NCBI RefSeq assembly: GCF_021028975.2
Contig: NC_059425.1
Span: 38,688,001-38,752,000 of the forward strand
Reading direction: 5' to 3'
Length of the DNA: 64,000 bases
DNA from: Sphaerodactylus townsendi
Taxonomy: Eukaryota
Below the pieces are notes generated by a model. The model did no database searches. It was not told the origin of the DNA and saw only the letters and a list, made by a program, of their open reading frames with translations. The stretch's first letter is position 1. Each line of letters begins with the position of its first letter. Of the stretch, positions 43,987-64,000 are shown piece after piece. Position numbers and translations under genes: made by a program.

Positions 43987-44105
43987 GGCGGCGGCCGTCG
44001 GCGTCGCTCGCACCTAAGGAGGCAACGAAGGGAGAAAAGACGCCGGTGAGGACACGTAGAGACGCCTTGGGAGGAAAAACGTGAAAGAACGACGGAAGAA
44101 CTCAC

Positions 44106-44145
44106 CAACGGCCTCCTCGCGGAATGGCGGACGCCGGAAAGAGAA
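44106..44145 (-). other. RPS27A: RPS27A non-coding exon 1 with 5'TOP initiator
   Basis: Minus strand reads TTCTCTTTCC-ggcgtCCGCCATT (TOP tract plus YY1-like site)...gttg|GTGAG donor. Confidence 0.8.
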
Positions 44146-47030
44146 CGCGGCTCCCCCTCGCACGGGGTTTCCGGAGCTGTGGAGAAGGAAAAGGCAGGGC
44201 CTCATTGCGGGATGTGGGACTACAACTCCCGGCATGCATTGGCGCTGATAGTCATTGGGAGGCATGATGGGAGTAGTGGTTCTTGAAAACTGTGGCGCTC
44301 ACAGGCGGTAGGTCCAACGCCCCGCCCCCCTCCGCGGTCAGAGGCTTTTCGAAAACCTTTTCGGAAGTTGTAATCAGGCGAGCGACAAAAGAAGCGAGAA
44401 ACCGCATTTCCCATAAGGCACCGGCTCTGCCCCCCCCCACTGGCGTGACTTTCTTGGTTACGACCAACAGAGTCCCTGGGGATGTGGGGAAGAGTTACCG
44501 GTAGGAGGAAATCGTGTCGCTCACAAACTCTGGCAGGCTGTAGATTCAGAACTAATGCAATATTGTAGCATCGATGAACACTCCCTGGTGGTTATTATAT
44601 TTGATTGTAAACGACTGAGGCTAAATAGGCGATGTCCCACAGTCCTGCTGTTCAAGAGTATATTATCCGTGTTAGTGTGTTGCAGCAAAAATAAACGGGA
44701 GTCTGGGAACACCTGAAAGGCTAGTCAAATTTTATCCCCACAAAAGCTTCAGTCCCCAAGAAATCCATTACTCTTTAAAGGTACCCGGTGATATTCTTTC
44801 CTTTTCTATGGAAAGCGGCTGTGGCGAAGAAGCATCTCGCAATCCAGTCCAACCCACTGTGTGAAACCCCAAGCCTTACCTAAAGGCTTCGTTTTTCTGG
44901 GAGGATATTTGAGAAGGTTGGTGCTTTCTGTGCCGACGCTGCTGTTCAGTGTTCCTTACATTATAACCTTTTGAAGCCAGTGAAGAAGTTGAGGAAGGAA
45001 AATAGTTTGCCAGGGCCAACTCACTGGAACACCCAGTTTCAGCTATGGATGAAGCATATGGGCCTGACGCAGCCAGCTGCTAATCTGTCATCTGTAGTAT
45101 TTCTGGCAATCCTAAACAGATCTGCTTGGAAGTAAGTCCCATGTTAAACAATGGAGCTTACTCCCTGGAAAGGGTTTTCCAAGATTCCAGACAGTATCTG
45201 ATGTATCCCATTTACCTCTCATATTTATCTCATTTACCTCTCATATATCCAAGTAGTACTGTTGCTGTCCCACTTACATTTAATTCTAATTGTTGATAAA
45301 TAAGTAGTTACCTTATTGCTGTGGGCATATTTCCTTGAAAAATATGTATTTAATTTGGAAAAAATGTATGCCATGTCTGCAAGGACTCTGGCTTTAATAA
45401 CATTCCCTTACCAAAATTTAGTTCAAAGTGGTTCTGATTTGGTAACCTTTAATATAATCCTGTAAAGCAGGCCAGTATTATTATCTCCATAATTTGAACA
45501 GGGAATGTAACGGTCAGAATTTTGGGGGCATGTAGATTTTTTTTTATTTTTCATGTGACTCAGCCAAGGACCCAAACTTCTAAAAACCTCTGTAGCATTG
45601 CTGTTACTCTGTCACCTGACAGGGTTTTAAAAAAAAATTTAAAACATAATCAAAGAAATCCACTATTTAGGGAAAATGCCCAACACACGGCATGGACAGA
45701 TGGAGTGAGAAATTTCTAAAAAGAATGGAATGAAAAGGTTAGAAGTGATTTATTATAAAATGAAATCAGAATTTATGCAGCATTTCCAGGTAAAAAAACA
45801 GAAAACAAATACAGCAAAAATGAATTATAAAGATTAAAATACAAGTTCCCTTCCCAGCAAGTGCTGCTTGGTCTTAAAGTCTGATAGGCAACAAACCTTT
45901 TGTTCATTATAAAAGTGCTTTTGTTCTAGATGTATTCAGAACAAAGAAGCCAGCAAGAAACAGAAATTCATCCTACCTAAGCTCAGGTCTAAAAATACAG
46001 AACATGTCTTCCTTCCAACACCAGAAAGCTACTGAAATCTGTAACTGGTGCCTTCCAGGGTCTTCCCCTTGAGTAGGAATACAAGCCTAAGTGAGGGAAA
46101 GGATGACTGCCAGTTAGGTTAGACAAAGTAAGTATCCCACTAAAATGTTTCAACCTGATGCAGATTAAAGCAGTTTTGAAAAGGTGCACCTTTATAAGCC
46201 ACTTCACATTCCCTATGAAAGGATCCGGGCACACTATGATACATTTTCTGGCATTCGTCTCTTCTTAGCATACCATGGAAGGGGAGAGGCATTTAAAGCT
46301 CCTGCTAGACAAGAAGGAATTCTAAATGTTCACATTAGCAAACTGAGATTAGAAGGGGGAATTTGGTGTAGAACAGACAAAATAAAGCGATTCTGATCAA
46401 CTACCCAAACTTTAAAAATTTGGCTAATAAAAGTTATGTCTCTTCAGTGCCCTGTGGCGCAGAATGGTAAGCTGCACTACTGCAGCCAAAGTCTGCTCAC
46501 CACCTGAGTTCGATCCTGCTGGAAGTCGGTTTCAGGCAGCCAGCTCAAGGTGGACTCAACTTTCCATCCTTACAAGGTTGTTAAATGTGTGCCTAGCTTG
46601 CCAGGGGTAAAGTGTAGATTGTAAGCATAGCCTTCCTTCTAATGTTGTAATGTGATGTCACCCAGTGGATCATCAATGACCTGACACTTGCACAGAGACC
46701 TACCTTTACCTTTTACCTCTTCACTGCCTCATTCCTCTGTGGGCTTCCTGAAGGCCATTATATGGCCCTGCTGAGGTTTAATTCTTTCTAGCTCATAGCA
46801 TAGTCCATTATCCACTATTGTAACCAGCACTCTTAATCTACAGCGCATTCGACGTGACTCTCCTAGAATAAAGAGCGGGAGAATTCCCTCCAGATCTCTT
46901 CATGTTTCCAACTCTTTTAACAGTGACATCTTTCTTTTAGGCTATGACTGAAGCATTTCTTCCATTCAGAGACGACTGACCAGAGCCTACACTTTCTTCC
47001 TGCAATGGAAACCTAGCTGGCTTCTCTACC

Positions 47031-55953
<8,923 letters not shown>

Positions 55954-58900
55954 GTATAGTGGTTCTATTTGCAACATATGTTTGCCTTTCCTTAAGGTGG
56001 GCTCGGTGGGATATCATATCACCTGCCCTTGCTACTGAATAACTTGAATTGCCATACTGATCCAGTGCTCTGTGCTTACAATAGAAGCCAAGACTTAATG
56101 GTGCCTGAAGTTCTGTGTTCAATCTTTGGTACTTCAAGTTAGAGAATCCTGTGAAGCCCAACTAGGGAAAGACCCTGGGCCAAGCCACTATGGATGAAAC
56201 CCTCAGCAACTGGTTGTCTCACCCAGAACATGGTCTCTTTTATTCAATGGGAAGGGCCCATAAGTTTAGAACTCATGCCTATAAGGATTAAGTCCCCAGT
56301 CTGTCCCATTCAGGATGATGTTGAACAATACATTACTATGAAATTGCTTATTGGGTAGCAGTACTAGAAACCCCAAATTGCAGGGGATGTTTTAAAAGTT
56401 AATTCAGGCAGTAAGATTTTACAGAAATGGTAGCTATTCCCACCCATATATATTCAAATAATATGAATTTATTAATACATTTGTTTGATTAATCACCAAC
56501 TGTCCTATGGAATCTAGAATTCCTGGTATAGTTTTGAAAAAATGATCTCTTTTCACAAAACCATTGATTCAGACAATGAATATCTCTGTATGGGAAAGAC
56601 TTGCAAATCTACCAGAACATAGGATATGAATTGATCATGAGGTAATAAATTGTAAATCATGTGATGAATCAGGGCAGAGAAGTTCAGTTGGAAGGTTTGC
56701 TTAAGGTTTGAAGACTGAAGTTTGGAGGGGGCAAAAAGAAATAGAACAAAATGTTCAGGATCAAGGAAATTAGGGAGGCCTATGCCACAATCCTAAACAG
56801 AACTACACCCTTGCCATCAGTGGACTTGGAATGGTATAAGACTTTAAGGATTTCATGGCAAGTCTTGTGAACAGTCTGATGAGTCAGCCACATTCGCCCA
56901 GCCTCTCTGATCCATTATGCATTGAACGCTTACTTTGAACTCTTCTCTTTGCAGTGGGCTTGTAGTCAGAGGTGTATCTAGGTGGCAGAGGGGTCATTTG
57001 ACCCAGGCACCATTCACCTGGTTCACATAGAGGCATATTTTGGCCCAGATCTCAGCCGAACTTCCCCTGCCCCGCCGCTGCCTCCCCCTCAATCCCCCCC
57101 CTTTTCCTCCATCTGAGCAGTGCTGGCCAGCAACACACTGGAGACAGGGATCCCTGGCTTTGTTCTTGTCCCCAGTGTGTTGCCTCTGGTGCTGCTCAGA
57201 GGAAAAGGTTTGTTGGGGTTTTTTGTGAGGGCGGCAGGTGGGGGGGGGGGAGTTCAGCAGGAAGCTCAGAGGAGTGCAGGGAGTTAACCCGGGTGTTGGG
57301 TGTGGCACCCAGGGTTTTCCTCAGGTGCTGTTTTGTAACAGTAGGCCACTGCTTTTAGTGGACTGTCCTTGCATTTCTCTGATTACATGCAAGTAGGCAC
57401 TCACTCCTACCACAGAGCTTTTCTGCAAAGAACTATCCTGGGCCTGTTTCCCTAAATTCCTTGCATCAACTAATCCTTAAAGGCATAGATCTCATTGCAG
57501 CTCTCAAGATTGCTGGCTTAGCCCTTTCAGGTGCACTTACGTTGGTATTACTGTTCCAAAAATAATTTCCCCCCCAAATTAAAGAGGCAAAGCAATTCCC
57601 TGGACCACAGGATGCTCAAGAAGGGGAAAGTCCTAGAGCTGATGTTCACTCTCCTTTCCCTTCCCCTCCACACACATACACACACTTGCTGCTTCTGCAG
57701 CCGCTGCTGAAGGAGAGCCTTGTTATTTTGGAACACTCTCAGTTATTATTATATCAATATCTCAATATACCAATATGAGAATTAGAGGTTGGTGTGTTTT
57801 GGCTAAGCCCATGTGGGTGAGCTTCTTTTCTGTGACTTGAAAGGGGTGGGGAGGGGGAAGGCATGGATCACAGTGCGAGGGAGTGGGAAGGCTGACTATG
57901 GGCAGAGGGAAGATATCCACAGCAGAGCTGTGCTGACTGACAGATCTCTCCCATTCTGGCAGTAGTACAAATTAAGAATCCATGCACAAAGTGGGTCTAA
58001 ACATAGGGAGAGACTAAGAAGTAGAAGTGGAGCTTGAGGAAATCTGACCATATAAGAAATCCATTTTATCCCCAAATAGGTGAGGTAGGTGTGCTGTGAG
58101 AGTGTGGCTGGCCCAGAGTCAGCCAGTGAACTTCTGTGGCACAAGTGGGGATTTGAATCTGGGTCTCCCCAAAACCTGTCCGACGCAACACCCTTAAGCA
58201 CTACATCACACTGGCTCTCCAATTTCTTTCTACAATTTATAAATTACATTAATGATTAGAATAGTAGCAATAAAAACTCCAGCTCATAAAAACTGCAGTG
58301 CCAGGAGCATAAAACAATAGAGGGCAACAAAATATGCTTGTAAATGAAGGTTTCTCCCGTTCAGGGGAGCATTAGTGTTTTAAAAGCACAGGATGATTCG
58401 TGGATGTATGCAAAGCTTAGAGTCTGGCTGGACTGCCTCCCTTCAAGAGAATCATTGTGAACTGCAGCTTTCCCTATAAAATGAATTAACAGGAAAAGAA
58501 AAAAGAACAAACATGGATGCTTTCTTTGTTGCTGGAAATTTTTATTTCCCTCCCCCCACACTTAAGCTACATTTTTTACCATCACATCCTGGGCTAGGTA
58601 GAGAGATAACAAACTACTCTTCCTGTAGGTAGAGAGGTAAGAAACTACCCTACCAACCCTGTTCCTTTGAATGAAGGACTTGTCCATTAAAGCTTTTTCT
58701 CACTCAACATTTTAATTCCAAATCCCCAGTGAAAGATTCAAAGCTAAATAATCTGCACAAGAAGTGCAAGGTTAAGAAACAGCATAGTGTTCTGGTTAAG
58801 AGCATCACACTCCATTTTGGAGAACTGTGTTTGATTCCCCACTCCTCCATATGAACCCTGCTGGGTGACCTTGGGCTAGTCACAGTTGTCTCAGAATTCT

Positions 58901-59170
58901 CTCGGACCCACCTACCTCCCAAGGTGTCTGTTGTGGGGACAGGAAGAGAAGGCGATTGAAAGCCACTTTGAAACTCCTTAAAGGTAGAGAAAACCATTTA
59001 AAGGGTATGAAAACCATTTCGTTGTCTTAAAATAAGAACAACTGCAAGAATCAAATATATCAAAGCTCCTCACAAATCCCCTACTTCAAAAGCCAGTCTC
59101 CTGAGGCACCTGTCTGTATGAATGAGGCAGAATTATCCTGAAGCAATTCTATAAATAACTTCTTTTTTAG

Positions 59171-59301
59171 GATAAAGAGAACTCAGAGAAATTCTGAAAG
59201 AATTGAAAACTTGATACAGAAAATAAGAATATTTAGAACACCACCTGCAACTGAAGCTCCACCTCCATGTAGAAAATTTGACCCTTCTAAGGCCTTACCA
59301 G
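59171..59301 (+). other. CLHC1: Duplicate of CLHC1 coding exon 3 (intact)
   Basis: Matches 53274-53404 except for one synonymous TTA>TTG change; splice sites intact. Confidence 0.85.
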
Positions 59302-61742
59302 GTAAGTAATTCAAAATGGAAAATTTATTTTGTCTGAGTTTAGATAAGGACCAGCCACTCCATCTTCCTGTTTCTTAACGGTACCCAACCAGATGCCTGC
59401 AGAGGAGAGTTTCACAACGCAGCAGAAGTCAACAGCTATTCTGCTTCTTTGTCTTCCAACAAATTGTATTTTGCAGTATACCTCTGTGCTATGGAGGGAT
59501 TCCACTTTAGAACAGTGATGGGCAACCTTTTGTTTCTTTGTGTAGTTAAAATTCGGCCAACAAAACCAAGCATAACTTCGGGTGGCAGGCTCACTTTGAG
59601 AAAAAAAACCATAATTTCACAATATTTATAGTTTAAATAACAAAATGTGTACTTGTAGCCATATATACCTGTATTTAATAAACCAAACCACTCATTTAAC
59701 TTCTTACCCGCTGAAGTGACTTCTTTGTTCATCTGTTAGTTGGTTTCTTTTGTTGTTATTTTGAGTATTATTTAACTTTAAGTGCGTAGTGCCATGAACC
59801 AAGATAAGTTTAGGGGAGGGGGGGGAATTCCTTTAATCCAACCTGCCTATTAGTGACTTTTTTGTTGCTGAATTTCATTACTACATAACCTTCAAATTTA
59901 AGGATTGGTATTTTGTATACCTCAAGCCCAAGCAAAGCTTTGTAGAGCTTTTACAAATTTAAGGATGGAATTAGATTGATCCTATAAAAGTGTGTATTGC
60001 CTGGAAATGTATTCCTCTGCTTCATCCTCACTTCTTTTCAAGAGCTGGAACAGATTAGTTTCAAAATGTCTATTTATGTTCCATGTTCTGCTTACTGCCG
60101 CTTCAGTATATAGGTCTGTCGATCTCGCCATTTTTTCTATAGTACGCCATACATCCTAGTCCATGTCTCTTTGAAAGGGTCAGCTACTGCTGCTACCACT
60201 TCCCTTTTACTCTAACCTTTGGTTTTTTATTTTGGCTCCTCCACCTGGGGAGCAGTGATGGAAGATAGGAATTGAGATAGCCTGTTAGTCCTGCAGGTAC
60301 TGAAGGGTTAACTAGCCTAACTAACAAGCAAGATGGCATATCTTTTAGGAAAGGGGTAGCATAAGCAGAAATAGGGTTAATAAGGATGCAACATAATAGT
60401 GGTGGAAATGGAGTCTGCACTATACTGCAAGATGGAGTTCCTATGTAAATTAAGATGAAGCTGCCATTATTTCAAGTGGTGGGAAACTGGCACCCATAGC
60501 ACAGGCCCTTGCCTCTCCCAGCCTCCCCTCACTCTATCTCTAGTAATGATAGTCAATTAGAAACCACTATGACACCCCAGAACAGCAGATTGGATGATGG
60601 TTGCTGTGGCTGGTTGCTGATAAATGGCGACTAGGGCCCCGAGATGTGTGTCCTCTAAGCGGCATTCCACTGCCCTGCCTCTGCCAGCCAGAAGTGAGGT
60701 CAAAGATCCCCCCCCTAAAGGCTCAACTGAAGTCCTCTGCAGAACTAGACGCCTGTGCCAGAGTTCTGTTGTTTTGGCCTACAGACCTCCAGCACAGAGT
60801 GTCTACCCTACACTACAGCTAATGTTATATCCTCGGCTACTGCACCTGGCTGTGCAGGAACAGAGGATTAAACATTCTTCTTGGCATGCGGCCACATACT
60901 TCTCTGTATGTGGCCGCATGCGGCAGTGTGTCATCGAAAATGGCTTACTGCAAAGCCGGGGTGATGACACGCTGCAGGTCATAGGTTCAACCTGCCACTA
61001 CCTCGATTTAGGACATCCTTGTATGGCTAGGATCGTGGCTTGGGGATAGTTCCCCTTGGCTGTGGTGTGGTGCACGTTGCTAACCTAAGAACTGTGGGTT
61101 TCAACTGCCAATCTCTTTAAAACTGTTGTTTTGAGAGGAAGCGCTTGGGATGAGGATATGGGGAGCAGCAAGGCAAACTCTTCCCAAGATAATCATCCGC
61201 CAGTGCCAACCCTTCTCTCCCTCCCTTCCTTTCTTTCTACATTCTCACCTGCTGTCTGCAATAAGCTTTTCTCTCTTCTGCCCCCCCACCCTTCTCTCCC
61301 TCAAAATGTGGAGCCAAAGGGTCTTTCAACATTCTGGCCCTTTTTTATCCCCTAGCACAACAACCTTGGTCAGAGGTAGGTTAGATATGAGGGCGGGGTG
61401 ATACAGACCCAAGTAAGCTACTCCAGAAACTTCTGTGGGAGAGTGGAGATTCAAACTCTGCTTCTCCAAGATCCTAGTCTAATAATCTGCAAACTCTGGG
61501 TCACAGAGTTGACTGAGTATGTGAGTGTGTCTTCTTCAGCACCAGTAATGCTTGGCCAATTTCTTCCCTTTAAGAAGTGGCAGGATTCCAGGATTACGTA
61601 AGCTTTGGATCATTAAAGCTACCACACAACTTTGATTTTATTTTAACTACAGTAGGCCTTTCAAGCTTGAATTCCCCTGAATAGGTTGGTGTGCTGATGG
61701 CAGTCTTGTGGAAAGTTTTTTTTGTTCTTCCTTCCTTGACAG

Positions 61743-61965
61743 GCTTCAACTATAAAGATTCCTTCAACATGGATGCCCTTTGCTAAGCACCCTTGCTCAT
61801 CTGGAAAAGCCTGATGCTAGAGCTAGCTAGGTTGGGATGCATTATGTTGACAAAATATCTCCCCTGCAGCACATGTATTGCTGTTATTGAAGAGCAGCTG
61901 CATCATGCCCCTGAACCATGTAGAGGTCATGCTTGAGGCAGAGAATGGGGAGTTGAGGGGCACAG
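61743..61965 (+). pseudogene. CLHC1: Frameshifted duplicate of CLHC1 coding exon 4
   Basis: Aligns to 55752-55953 with many 1-5 nt insertions; the donor site is lost. Confidence 0.75.
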
Positions 61966-64000
61966 AGCAGTGGTTCTATTTGCAACATATGTTTGCCTTT
62001 CCTTAAGGTGGGCTCGGTGGGATATCATATCACCTGCCCTTGCTACTGAATAACTTGAATTGCCATACTGATCCAGTGCTCTGTGCTTACAATAGAAGCC
62101 AAGACTTAATGGTGCCTGAAGTTCTTATGTTCCTCAATCTTTTGGTACTTCAAATTAGCTAGAGAATCCTGTGAAGTCTAACTTAGGGAAAGCACCTCTG
62201 GGCTGAAGCCACTCATGGATGAAACCCCTCAGCAACTGGTTGTCTCACCTCCAGAACATGCATATCTCCTTGGGATCTAAATGGGAAGGGGCCTCCATAA
62301 GTTTAGAACCCATGCCTATAAGGATTAAGTCCCCTAGTCTGTCCCATCTCAGGACATGTTGGAACAATACATATTACTCATGAAATTGCTTATTGGGTAG
62401 TAGTACTTGAAACCCCAAATTGTGGGATGTTTTAAAAGTGCTAATTCCAGGCAGTAATTTTACAGAAAATGTAGTTTGGCTCCACCCATATATATTCAAA
62501 TAATATGAATTTATTAATACATTTGTTTGATTAATCACCAACTGTCCTATGGAATCTAGGATCAATTCCTCGGTATAGTTTCTTTGAAAAATGACCCTTC
62601 TCACAAAACCATTGAATCAGTACAATGAATATCTCTGTATGGTACTTGCAAATCTACTCAGAACACATAGGGATAAAGGGAATTCGATCATGAGGTAATA
62701 AATTGTAAATCATGTGATGAATCAGGGCAGAGAAGTTCAGTTGGAAGGTTTGCTTAAGGTTTGAAGACTGAAGCTGAGGGGGCAAAAGAGTTAGCCAGGA
62801 ACAAAATGTTCAGGATCAAGGAAATTAGGGAGGCCTATGCCACAATCCTAAACAGAACTACACCTCTCAAGCATCAGTGGACTTGGATTTGTATAAGCAC
62901 TTTTAAGGCGATTTCATGGCAAGTCTTGTGAACAGTCTGATGAGAGTCAGCCACATTCTGCCTCAGCCTCTGATCCATTAGTGCCTGAACGCTGTACTTT
63001 GAACTCCTTTCTCTTTGCAGTGGGCTTAGTAGTCAGAGGGGTGTATCTAGGTGGTAGAGGGGGGTCATTTGACCCAGGCACCATTCAATCTGGTTCACAC
63101 ATAGAGGTATATTTGTCTAGATTCTCAGCTGAACTTCCTTCCTGCTGCTGTCTCCACGCTAGTTCTCCTCCATCTGAGCAGTGCTTGGCCAGCAATGCAC
63201 TGGGAGGACAGGGATCCCTGTGGCTTTGTTCTTGTCCCCAGTGTGTTGCCTCTGGTGCTGCTCAGAGGAAAAGGTTTGTTGGGGTTTTTTGTGAGGCTGC
63301 AGGTGGGGAACAGCAGGAAGCTCAGAGGAGTGCAGGGAGTTAACCCTCGGTGTTGGGTATGTGGCACCCCAGGGTTTCCCTCAGGTGCTGCTTTGTAACA
63401 GTAGGCCAACTTTAGTGGACTGTCCTTTGCATTTCCTCTGATTACATGCAAGTAGGCACTCTCACTCCTACCACAGAGCTTCTTTCTTGCAAAGAACTAT
63501 CCTGGGCCTGTTTCCCTAAATTCCTGTACTCAACTAATCTTTAAAGGCATAGATCCTCATTGCAGCCTCAAGATTGCTGGCTTAGCTCCTTTCAGGGGTG
63601 TACCTGACATGGTATTACTGTTCCAAAAAAATAATTTCCCAAATTAAAAGAGGAGTGCAAGCACCCCTGGACCACAGGATGCTCAAGAAGGGAAAGTCCC
63701 AGCCGATGTTCACTCTCCTTCCCTTCCCTCCCCACACATACACACACTTGTTGCCTCCTGCAGCCTAGCTGAGAGCTTCCTATATTTCGAACACTCTCAG
63801 TTATTATTATATCAATATCTCAATATACCAATATGAGAATTAGAGGTTGGTGTGTTTTGGCTAAGCCCATGTGGGTGAGCTTCTTTTCTGTGACTTGAAA
63901 GGGGTGGGGAGGGGGAAGGCATGGATCACAGTGCGAGGGAGTGGGAAGGCTGACTATGGGCAGAGGGAAGATATCCACAGCAGAGCTGTGCTGACTGACA

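Overview
Vertebrate genomic DNA. The repeat content (Sauria/Squam SINEs, BovB, CR1, L2, RTE-X-like LINEs, Penelope, hAT MITEs) points to a squamate reptile, probably a gecko. The window carries the conserved MTIF2 - RPS27A - CLHC1 block. MTIF2 is complete (+; 13 coding exons, 16920-36844, 726 aa). RPS27A is complete (-; 5 coding exons, 43986-39533, 156 aa ubiquitin-eS31 fusion, plus a 5'TOP non-coding exon). The first four coding exons of CLHC1 (+, from 47031) lie head-to-head with RPS27A on a ZNF143-motif-rich CpG-island promoter. About 52.2-58.06 kb, including two CLHC1 exons, is tandemly repeated at 58.06-64 kb with an error-like indel pattern, so it may be an assembly artefact. There is a 191-N gap at 49478-49668. 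I do not see a wholly new multi-gene system. The most unusual items are a hAT non-autonomous transposon carrying what looks like a captured host exon with a GC donor, a TSD-flanked twin-primed (5'-inverted) non-L1 LINE, and a Penelope foldback with hammerhead-ribozyme cores on both strands. Family names are from recall, not from database searches.
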